Part shown: positions 42,265 through 52,702 of the stretch, piece after piece
How the letters are laid out: each line of letters begins with the position of its first letter
How positions within the stretch are numbered: the stretch's first letter is position 1
NCBI GenBank assembly: GCA_964016885.1
Contig: OZ024740.1
Coordinates: forward strand, 97,216,001-97,280,000
Origin: Eledone cirrhosa
Taxonomy: Eukaryota
DNA: 64,000 bases
Direction of reading: 5' to 3'
Notes under the pieces: model-generated
Database searches by the model: none
What the model saw: the letters and a program-made list of their open reading frames with translations, nothing else
What the model was told of the DNA's origin: nothing
Translations under genes and position numbers: made by a program

Positions 42265-43660
42265 CATCATCATCATCATCATCATCGTTTTATGTCTGTT
42301 CTTCCATGCTAGCATGGGTTAGACGGGTTGTCCTGTCGTGGGCAGTGTTTGGTCGGCTGACCTTGTCTTGCTCATACAGGAACTGATTCTGGCTTGATTC
42401 CTACAGATGGATGCCCTTCCTAACACCAACCTCATTTACAGTGAGTGGTGGGTGTTTTTTTTTCGTGGCGCCTACACATCCACTTTACAGTGTGGGCTGG
42501 GTGCTTTTTTGCCGTGGCACCTCCACGACCACTTTGCAGTGGGAGGGTGTGGGGGCATATTGTCTATATGCTTCAGCTTCGGCTTGAACCCGTGGGAGGT
42601 CGGGTACTCTGTATTACTGCATGACACCAGATGTCACGGTCGTGTGTCATCGCCTTTGAGAGGTGTAATGGGTAAGGTCGGCTTTTATCACCTCATTCCA
42701 GGTCTTCTTGAGTCTCCACACTCTGCGGTTTCCATTGATTTCTAGTGCTCTGGACCTTTTTATGCAGCTGTCATCCTTCATACGCATAACATGTCCATAC
42801 CAATGCAACCACCTCCCCTGCACACAGCATTTGATTCCTCTTATGCTCAGTCTCTCTCTCAATTCATTTATGCTTTGCCATTCGCATATATTACTTTTAC
42901 ACATCCATCGGAGTATGCAGGCTTCGTTTCTTTCTAATCTACGTAAGTCTTCCACCTTCAGCGCCCAGGTCTCACTACCATGTATACGTGCATCATACAG
43001 TCTGCCTTTCATTTTGAAGGAAAAGCTTTTTGCAGCTAGCAGTGGCAGTAGCTCACTGAACTTCTTCCATCCCATTCTTACCCTAGTTATTGTACTTTCT
43101 GAACACCCACCTCCGCTGCTAATTCGGTCACTTAGGTAGCAGAAGCTGTCTACTATTTCTCCAGAGCCCTCCTAGAGATTGCTGGTACTTGTTTCCTGTG
43201 GCTGTTTGCTGCTTGCTGTCCCAGCACAACTGCTATATGTGAAGCCTACATTCTTAGTTAAGCTTCCTGAGATCCTGCTACATCTCTTGTGTACCCATTG
43301 TTTGCATTTGGGGCAGAGAATGGATTTCCTACCTACACCTTTCCTACATACTGAGCAAGGCCATTTCCCTGAGGGGATCTGGGTTCTGTTTTCTCGTCTA
43401 CTTACAAGGGCCTTCGTCTTTGTCAGGTTGACTTTAAGACACTTTCTTTCTAGTCCCTCCTTCCAAGTTTGGTATTTCTTCTCTAGTTCTACCATAGATT
43501 CAGCTATAATTGTGAGGTCATCTGTATACAGGAGTTCCCATGGGCATCCGGTCTTAAACTCCTCCGTTATTGCCTGATGAACAAGAGAGGGCTAAGAACA
43601 GAGTCCTGTTGGACACCGACCTGTACGCTAAATTCCTCGCTATACTCATTGCTAATGCTA
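42265..43660 (-). mobile_element. 5'-truncated RTE LINE (RT C-terminal half, PHD-like finger, 3' UTR)
   Basis: VGVQQDSVLSPLLF..CPWELLYTDDL..LKVNLTKTK..WPCSVCRKGVG..CPKCKQWVHKRC..GWKKFSELLPLL..HGSETW..WYGHVMRM. Frameshifted; (CAT)n tail. Confidence 0.9.
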
Positions 43661-43689
43661 ACGTATACATATAATTATACTCATATATA

Positions 43690-43840
43690 AGGCAGTGAAT
43701 TGGCAGTGTATTTAGAACGTCGCATTTGCAGTATTCATTTTCGTTCTTTGCTTTCTGAGTTTAAATGTCTCCAATGTCAACTCTGCCATTCCTCCATTCA
43801 TTGTCATTAAAGAAGTACCAGTCTAGTACTGGAGTCAATT
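43690..43840 (+). mobile_element. SINE family A (old)
   Basis: GGCAGTGAATTGGCAG..TTCTGAGTTTAAAT..AAGTACCAGTCTAGTACTGGAGTC. Confidence 0.65.
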
Positions 43841-44099
43841 ATTCCTCTATATCTATTTCTCACTTTCATTCTCTCACTCTTTCTGTGCCCTTCTCTGGAA
43901 AAAAATCTGCTATATTCACACCTGGAGAGAAGATGAGTTACACCAGGTTTTAAAAAGTGCCTTAGAAATGCATTCCTATGACTCAATCAGGTGTTATAGT
44001 TCCATACATACAATTCATATACATATATGTGTGTATGTGTGTGTGTATATGCATATATATATGTATATATATATGTATATATATATATTTATATATATC

Positions 44100-44400
44100 A
44101 TCATCATCATCATCACTGTTTTACATCCGTTCTTCCACGCTAGCATGGGTTAGACGAGTTGTCCTGTTGTGGGCAGTGTCCGGTCTGCTAACCATGCCTT
44201 GCTCATATGGAAACTGATTCTGGTTTGATTTCTACAGCTGGATGCCCTTCCTAACACCAACCTTATTTACAATGAGTGCTGTGTGCTTTTTTCCATGGCG
44301 CCTACACGTCCACATTACACTATTGGCTGGGTGCTATTTTGCTGTGGCACATCCACGACCATTTTGCTGTGGGAGAGTATGGGGACATATTGTCTATATG
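44100..44400 (-). mobile_element. RTE 3'-UTR fragment
   Basis: Matches 42265-42570. Confidence 0.8.
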
Positions 44401-46861
44401 CTTTAGACAATATATATATATATAAACACAATTCTTTAAGACTCTTCACCTCATTTTGTTGTCTTGACTGTTAAAAAATCATTTAGGTATTCTTACGATG
44501 CTAACTAAATTAAATTAAGATGAGAGGCAAATGTTTTTACCACTTTGCAAAGCTGACCAACTTCTCAAAGAAGCTGGTGCAGATTATAATGTTAACCCTA
44601 GAAAGTTTAAGAAACTGTTTCATTTCTCCAATTCATTTTCATAAAACATTTTCCATTATGGTTTATAGAAACCATTGCATTAGAATTTTCTTGTTGGATT
44701 AAACGATTAATTTTGGTTTTACTGGACTTGGGTTCACTGCAAGAATAATAATATTTAAATCAAACTATATTAGATAATGAATTTTCATAGATCTACTTTT
44801 ATTATTAATTTGTTCAAGCTATTTTAATTCAAACATTAAGGGGGCATTTTTTAAACAGATGCTTTTTTCCCTATACTTGTGGTTAATTTCATGTCACATT
44901 CAAGGGTTTAGAATATGAAAAAAAGATCCAACAGATATTTACCTTACCAGAAAAACCATATATATATTACAGTACAATGTTTCTTAATTTCCTAAAGACT
45001 TTTTGTTGAGATTTGAAGCTTGAAAGTTATATTTACAGTCATGAAATCCAAGATAACTGGGCAAGCGAAATGAAAATAAAATATAAAATTTACTGGATTT
45101 ATTTTGAGGTATATCATTTACAGGATATGTAAGACTTCAGATTCTTCCATTCTTCTAATCATTTATATTTCATGCTGACCATGCTGGCAAATGTTTAGTT
45201 GCACATATTTTCATCATTCATTAGTAAATAAATTTTCTTCTAATCATCTCAATGAAGAATAGTAATGCTGAACCAATTTGCAAATTCTGAGATCAGGAAT
45301 GTTAAATTAGAAGGCAAACATGCAAACACCTTCTGGCAGAGTAAAGACAAATTGTGGCTCATTTTACAATTGTAAAGTTTAGGTTGATATTTCTGAATTT
45401 TAACACATTGAAGTATGCTGCCCAATAATAGGCCTTGTATAATTTTTCATATGCCAAAGTAATTATTTACATAAATGATATTTGTTATTTACAGGTGCTC
45501 AATTGCATTATAGAATGTTTTGTATTTTGCTGATAAAACAAAAGTAACCTTTAAAATGATACACACATTCTTTGTTACACAGTCACAATCAATTTGTAAA
45601 GCTTATATAGACGTTTGCACAAATCATAAATCTTTTGACTTGTTTAAAGTCTCCAACGAACTTCCCAGACAAAGCAAAAAAAAAAAAATATTCTTGATTA
45701 ATACATTTGTTTGAGATACAGTAATTTCATTTAAACTTCCTTTTCTGTTATTTGTTTTTAAATCAATTTGATGATCTCCAGATGGAACATTGCAGTTGCA
45801 TGCCATTTTTTGGTATACTATATTTGATCTTGGTTATATTCATTTGGTACAAGCCTTTGTTTAAAATTAGATTTATGTCTGTACACCTATTAGCAATGTT
45901 TCTCTATCTAAAGATTTCTAAGGAATCAGTTAGAGAAAATGTATACAGTTGCAACACTTGTATGCTACTTTATTACACTTCCACATAAGCCACTGAAACT
46001 AACTTTCTCAATCCTTGTTATACTGTCTGCTATCGTTAGTATTTTAGTTTCCAATTACGAGATTCTGTTAATAAGATTAGGTAAAATTTTACAATTGCTT
46101 GAATATATTTTTTAAAACCAAATTACATCACTAAATTCTGAGAACATTAATAGATAGTGCTTCAAAAGAATTTGATAAATATAATAAAACCCACAACAAC
46201 CTCGTTCACCTGTTTTCCAACTCCATTAAGCTGCAAGTTATAGATGTTGACATCAATTATATTCCAGAAAACTGTATTTTGTTTTATAAAAAGAAACTTA
46301 ACATTTAAATAGAGCAGATGTTTGATTTAACCATTTTTTATAACAAACTACATGAAACTGAAAGATTAGATTAATTTATTCACGAAAATACATTATATAT
46401 TTGCACCATAAATACAATACCTTTCATTAGTTGTGGCAGCAAACAAACTATGTGATAATGAAAATATATATCAGACATATTACAGAAAATTTAAGAGTAT
46501 AAAATAAAGACGTAATTATTTTTATAAAATGCCCCTCATTCTTGGTGTTGAATTAATTTGCTCTCACTATAGTATTATAAATCCAAGGAATGAAAATAGA
46601 CCATTAAAATTAAATGCCTCAATTATTATTGATATTTGTTTTATCAACTTGATCAATGAAGTGCATTTTGAAAAAAAGTTTTATTTCACTCTTTATATTG
46701 TGAAATACAGTCATAGTTTATATTGTAATTTTAATATATCAAGCTTTTTGGCTTATAATGTCAAATCAAACAAAAATAACTAATTACATATATTCAACTA
46801 ATGAATCAATATTTGTTGCATGAAGAAGGCACAGTGGAAAGTGGGGTTAAGCATACACATG

Positions 46862-47702
46862 TATATATATATAAAGTTGGATTCCTGTCTATTTGTTAGT
46901 TCACAAACTACTCCTATGGTTTTGAAGATAGACCCCCCCCCCCCGCCATAAACTTATATATTCAGAAACTACATTGCCCAGGGTACTTGGATAAATATAT
47001 TTCATTTTAATCAAAGGGTTCTCCGGGGGCACAGACCCCCGCTAAAACTGTTTTCCCTTTGACTTTTATGAAATTGAAACTATAGGTAAAGGGCAAGTAT
47101 GATGCCTATTCACAAAATTTCAGCAAATTTCAATAATATTAAGACACCCTTATGAGTGAAAATGTTGGCCAATAAATGGAACAAGAGTTCACAAACTCCT
47201 CCTATGGTTTTGGAGATAGACCCATAACCATATATATTCTGAAACTACATTGCTCAGGGTTTGGATAAGTATATTATGCCTATTCACAAACGTTTTTGAT
47301 TAAAATATCGGAAAAAATGTATTTACAAGAAACAAAATAAGAATAAGATTTAATAATGTAATTTTGATTTGATATATTACAAAAGATAATTGTTTCTACT
47401 TTTGGCACAAGGCCAGCAATTACCCAGTACATTACTGGTACTTTATTTTATCGACCCCGTTAGGATGAAAGGCAAAGTTACCTCGGCGGGATTTGAACTC
47501 AGAATGGCAAGGGCCGTAACTCTATGCGTCAAAGCATGGCATCCGACCTTCTACCGATACTGCCAATCCACCACCGTATATTACAAAAAATAATGTTTTT
47601 CAATTTTTCATGCATTACATTATATCAATAATTTAAAATCAATCATCATTTTCTCACAAAAAAAAATGTGAGAAACGCGACAAGGTACTGGTAATTCGGC
47701 TC

Positions 47703-47705
<3 letters not shown>
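46862..47705 (+). mobile_element. Probable non-autonomous Helitron-like element containing a SINE
   Basis: Starts TATATATATAAAGTTGGATTCCTGTCTATTTG. Internal ~90-bp direct repeats at 46899 and 47188. Ends GGTACTGGTAATTCGGCTCGT (CTAGT-like, one mismatch). No TIR. Confidence 0.45.
47391..47576 (-). mobile_element. SINE family A with 18-bp TSD
   Basis: TATATTACAAAA(G/A)ATAAT at 47373-47390 and 47577-47594. Confidence 0.9.
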
Positions 47706-47740
<35 letters not shown>

Positions 47741-47908
47741 ATACTTTGGGAGGGTCATGTTGCCAATAAGAAACACACGCACCAGTTGCTTTCACTTCAA
47801 TTTATTATATATTTATAAATTTATAAATTTACCCATTTACAAATCTACAAACCTATAAATTTCTGGTTGGTTGGTTGGTTCCACAACCAGATAGTTGTTT
47901 ATATATAT

Positions 47909-47953
47909 AGTCATAGTCCTTTCGTCACACACTCTGTGACCTCTTCAGTGACT
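47909..47953 (-). ncRNA. Type I hammerhead ribozyme motif (left arm)
   Basis: Exact reverse complement of 47993-48037. Confidence 0.82.
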
Positions 47954-47992
47954 GGGGAAAGGAAAGGCACAGAAACAAAGAAAGGAATCCCC

Positions 47993-48037
47993 AGTCACTG
48001 AAGAGGTCACAGAGTGTGTGACGAAAGGACTATGACT
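47993..48037 (+). ncRNA. Type I hammerhead ribozyme motif (right arm)
   Basis: AGTCA-CTGAAGA-G-GTCACA GAGTG TGTGAC-GAAA-G GA C-TA-TGACT. 5-bp stem I, 6-bp stem II, one extra G after A9, CUA triplet (cleavage after 48032). Confidence 0.82.
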
Positions 48038-48265
48038 ATATATATAAACAACTATCTGGTTGTGGAACCAACCAACCAACCAGAAATTTATAGGTTTGTA
48101 GATTTGTAAATTTGTAAATTTATAAATTTATAAATATATAATAAATTGAAGTGAAAGCAACTGGTGCGTGTGTTTCTTATTGGCAACATGACCCTCCCAA
48201 AGTATAACAATATCGGTTTCAACACACGATTTCAGATAAAGAATCTTGCTAAACAAATTCAGAAA

Positions 48266-48307
<42 letters not shown>

Positions 48308-48869
48308 TCTTCATTTTCGTATATTTACATACATTTTAACATGTTTGCATGGTTTATATATTTATAGTGTTGCAACAGAAATGAATGTCATACATATATA
48401 TATATATATATTGCGCTTTTACCTGGCCAGCCCATCTTGTTAAGGCCATGCTAGGGCACTGTCCTTGTTGCTACACTTTCTATATCCACCCTGCATTGGC
48501 TGTGGATTCATCTGGGATCCTGGTTAGCAGAGTGTCATGATGTTTCTTGAAAACATCCACGTCCACCCCATGCAGATCTCTCAATTTTCTTGGTAGCTTA
48601 TTAAAGAGTTGAAGGCCTTAGAACCCCAGGCTATTATAACATCTGCTCCTTATTTTAGGTGTGAAAACAGGTCCTTATATATGTTTTTTGTATATCTCCT
48701 GTGGCCGGATTTCAACGTAATCCTGTTAAGTAATTATGTGGACAATGCCTAATGAAATCGCCATCATGCATCATAAATGGAAGATGGAGCTGGGCATTAA
48801 AATATGTAAGGAAAGTTTCCAGTCTGGCCTTCTGTTGTTGTTTAATGGCAACACATTTACTATGTGTAA

Positions 48870-48925
<56 letters not shown>

Positions 48926-49296
48926 ATTTCAGTTACTAATGTTACTAATGTATTAATGTGTCACCTGTCGCATTCACTTCCATAGCCAGCATGGACTAGA
49001 ATCAAATTCTCTCGATTGGTTGGTTATTGATTAGGTGAGACCTGCTGATGAATACATATGCACCGATTGTGCATTGTCGCATAATAAATTCAGACAGTAG
49101 CTGCTGTGTGCTTTCTTGCTGCATTAAGTACATGTAAAGATTTATGCTACCCATTTATGTGTGTTGTATTGAAGCAAATAACTTTGTGTCTACTCTGGGA
49201 TTGTTACATAAACTTACCTATTGAGTATGCTGAGATGCAACCTCTACTAGCAGGGAAACTTATGCTAGTACCATCAACTTATTATTATTATTAGAT

Positions 49297-49686
49297 ATGG
49301 CTTAGTGGTTAGAGCATTGGCCTTGCAATTGAAAGGTTGTGAGTTCAATTCTCAGACTGGGTGATGTGTTGTTTCCTTGAGCAAGACACTTTATTTCACA
49401 TTGCTCCAGTTTACTCAACTGTAGAAATGAGATGAGAGGGATTGGGGTCCCTATCATTCCACTGCAAAGTGGTTGTGCAGGTGCCACGGCAAAAAAGCAC
49501 CCAGCCCACACTGTAAAGTGGACGTGTAGGCACCACGGAAAAAAGCATCCAGCATTCACTGTAAATGCGGTTGGTGTTAGGAAGGGCATCCAGCTTCCTA
49601 CAGCTGGAATCAGACCAGAATCAGATACCGTCCCATCCTTGCATGCAGGGAAAAGCGGAGTAAAATGATGAAGATGATGTTGATGA
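49297..49686 (+). mobile_element. SINE family B head joined to an RTE-type 3' tail
   Basis: TGGCTTAGTGGTTAGAGC..GAGTTCAATTCTC..CCTTGAGCAAGACACTTTATTTC, then TGGTGTTAGGAAGGGCATCCAGC..GGGAAAAGCGGAGTAAAA(TGA)n. Confidence 0.8.
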
Positions 49687-49691
49687 TATAT

Positions 49692-50390
49692 AGTGTAAGA
49701 TGGTAATATGGACAAAAACAAGGGAAGAAATGTAACCCTTCATCAGCTGTTAACTGCGGATCATAGATGTTTTGGTACTTAAATCAGCACATCAAAATCG
49801 ATCGGCAGCATGCCCAAGGCGTTTTATCAATCAAAAGGCCATGAGAGAAAGAAAAGATAGTGAAGGGAGCAGAAGGACAATGGCACATGCAAGTGAGGAA
49901 CCGAGGAGAAAATAGAATAAGTTAAAATGGACCGATTGGAGTAGATGGATAGAAAGAGAAAGAGGAAGAGGAAGAGAGAGAAGGAGGGAGTCGATATGAA
50001 AGCGTGGTGGGACAACAAAGCAAGCCAAACAGGTAGAGGAGGGTGGGGGGTCACGACAATAAATACAAAATTACAAGAAAAGAAGCGGTTGTGTGGTTAC
50101 TGTAAACAAAGTGTAAGATGGTAATATGGACGTAAACAAGTTAAGAAAAGTAGCCATTTATCAGCTGTTAACTGCGTATCATAGATGTTTTGGTGCTTAA
50201 AACAGGACATCAAAATCAATCGGCAGTGCGCCCAAGGCCTTTTATCAATCAAAAGGCCCCGAGGGAAAGAAAAGATAGTGAAGAGAGAGGAAGAAAGAGA
50301 AAAAAGGAGAGAGGAAAAAAAAACAAAGTAAACAAACCGAATGGCGGGGGGACACAGGACAATGGCACATGCAAGTGAGTGGAGAGAGAG
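49692..50390. repeat. Partial tandem duplication, period 418 bp
   Basis: AGTGTAAGATGGTAATATGGAC...GAAAGAAAAGATAGTGAAG...GGACAATGGCACATGCAAGTGAG starts at 49692 and 50110. Confidence 0.85.
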
Positions 50391-52702
50391 AGAGAAAAAG
50401 ACGGAGAAACCAGAAGTGAGAGGGAAAAGGTAAAGGGAGATAATCCAAATTTGCACATAGAATGTGTTGACATTTTCTCGTTGAAAGAGCTGAGTATTTG
50501 ATTGTATGGCTTAAGGTGTAAGATATGTGGCTCATAACTATAAGGGTTATTCCTGGCAATACAATATGCCCTTCTTCAAAATACTTTATTTCACATTACT
50601 CCAATCAATTCAGCTGGCAAAAATGGGTTGTACCTGTAATTTGAAGGGCTAACCTTGTCAAATTTTGTGTTATGCTTAATGTCCCTTAGAACTTTCTTAA
50701 ACGTACAGGCGTCTATGAAATGCTCAACCACTTGCATGTTAATTTAACAAGCAGACTGCTGCTTAGATCGTATCAACTGAAACACGCATCATTGTAACCT
50801 GCGGACTGCCTGTTTTATCAGTGTGTATGTATGTATGAATAACAAAGTAGCACATCATATAACAACTAAACTAGAAAGAAAATGGTGAATTATCATGTGA
50901 TGGCTAGCATTAGGATTATAGTTTTATTTTTAGAATTAAAAGGCCCCTTAATCTTCAAAGTCACATCTTCTTGTAGTATACTATCTATTTTGTATGATGC
51001 AGAAACATGAATTCTGACAAAAAAGTTCACATACGACCTCAGAACAGCTCATGCATGCATCATGCTTGGTGCATCATAGTAAATCTACAGAACAACGAAA
51101 TGGATCTGAAAGCAAACATCTTTAATATGTTTAGCTTTAAACTTGTCAATGAAATTGGAAAAGTAAGTTTTAGGTTTAAAGATACTCCCCATCTTTTTCT
51201 TTTTATACTTACTCTATTAATTTTACATTAATTAACTTTCAATAGTGATAGAAAATGAAGCATATATGATATATTAGTTATTTCAGTGAGTGTTTCATTT
51301 GGTTGGTTAACAGGACAACTTATTCATGAAATTATTGATTTTAAAGTGTACTTCGTAATCTTTCAGCAAAGGTGCATTAACATGGATCACTTTATGAACT
51401 TTGAAAGCAGCTTTATGCAATGATTTTATCTGCTAGTAATTGTGACCAAATGCCCCTTTAAATCATAACATATAGGCTTAAAAAAAATATCAATATTTCA
51501 TTACTAAACATTTACTTTCAATACGAAATCAGATCTGATTTTAACCATAATGTTGCAACCATTCAAACAAGCATCTACATAGTCATTCAACCTGTTAGAA
51601 ATTATGAGCAGTTCTTCTTACATTTTTGTTAGGGTATTTTAAATGAAAAACATTAACTATGATTGTCAAATATCTTTGAAAAACATACTTTCTTACAAAA
51701 AATAATAATAGGAGATTTTTAGATAAATATAAACACTCTAAAATTGGTTGCATTTTATCATTGAATCAATAGCAGCTCCAGATGGTTTGGTATCCTATGA
51801 AACCTAGAACAGGACACATTAAGTAATGTAGCTCTAAATGACACTGAAAATAGGTCATGGCTGAAATATCATAGATTGTGGGTCAGCTTGATAAGGATTT
51901 AGTGCTGGATAAACTGTTAAGCAAAATAAGTGAAGAGTGGTTCTATATTTTCCAAATTAAATGTATTTGTCAATCTCTTCCACAGCAACATTTTCGCAGA
52001 TTTTATTTATGGATGGCACCATAATCCTTTAAGTGTTTAGGGTCTTAGAAGGTCTTTATCCAGTCATGAACTTATTCATGATAATTGTAGCATTTTAACT
52101 AAATGACATTGTTATGTTCATAGATTATTAATGTGGATTTGGCTGGACACATCCTGAAGTTAGGTGACAAGTAGGAAAAAATTACTGCATTCTGAGAGAG
52201 AGTAAAAAAAAAATAGCGAATGGCAGTGAATATGATGGAAGGATTAGAGAATTCTTTCGAACAAGATGGAGAGATAACATGATTGCCTTATACAGTGTAT
52301 TAGAAGAAAAACCCTCTATGACATTTTCATCACAGAACAACCTGGAAAGCAATAAATTAACTGCATCTCATTATTCAAGCGTCAGCATGATGATAATCAT
52401 CATCAGTAGTAGTAGTAGAGATAGTGACAGTGCTTTGGCAGAAAATGTGGCAGTAACAGCAGCAGCAGTATCATAATCCACTTGTCACACATCATTTGTG
52501 GCTGGTGATGTAATTCTGGTACCAGCTGTCCAGACTCAGTGAACATTATTATCATTCTTTGTCTTCTTCTTCTAATTCTTCTTCTTCTTATTATTATTAT
52601 TATTATTATTATTATTGTTATTGTTATTCCTTGAATCTCAGTCATTGATGTTGGTTAACTGGAAAGTCCGTTGGATTGAATATCAAGCCACTACCTGCAG
52701 CC

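Larger units (their letters stand above)
47733..48270. mobile_element. Palindromic double-hammerhead element (226-bp arms, 29-bp spacer, one-sided ~57-bp tail) in (TA)n
   Basis: 47733-47958 is the reverse complement of 47988-48213, with 2 mismatches seen by eye. Tail 48214-48270 is shared with 17662-17715. Confidence 0.9.

Noticed and set aside
44450-46850. Repeat-poor AT-rich stretch with splice-acceptor-like TTATTTACAG|GT at about 45494
   Set aside because: No coding frame or partner sites; could be intron or UTR but unsupported without RNA data.
49040-49100. CTGATGA followed by the hairpin ATGCAC/GTGCAT, downstream of a possibly PLE-like decayed stretch (48550-48800)
   Set aside because: No GAAA and no stem I; too degenerate to call.
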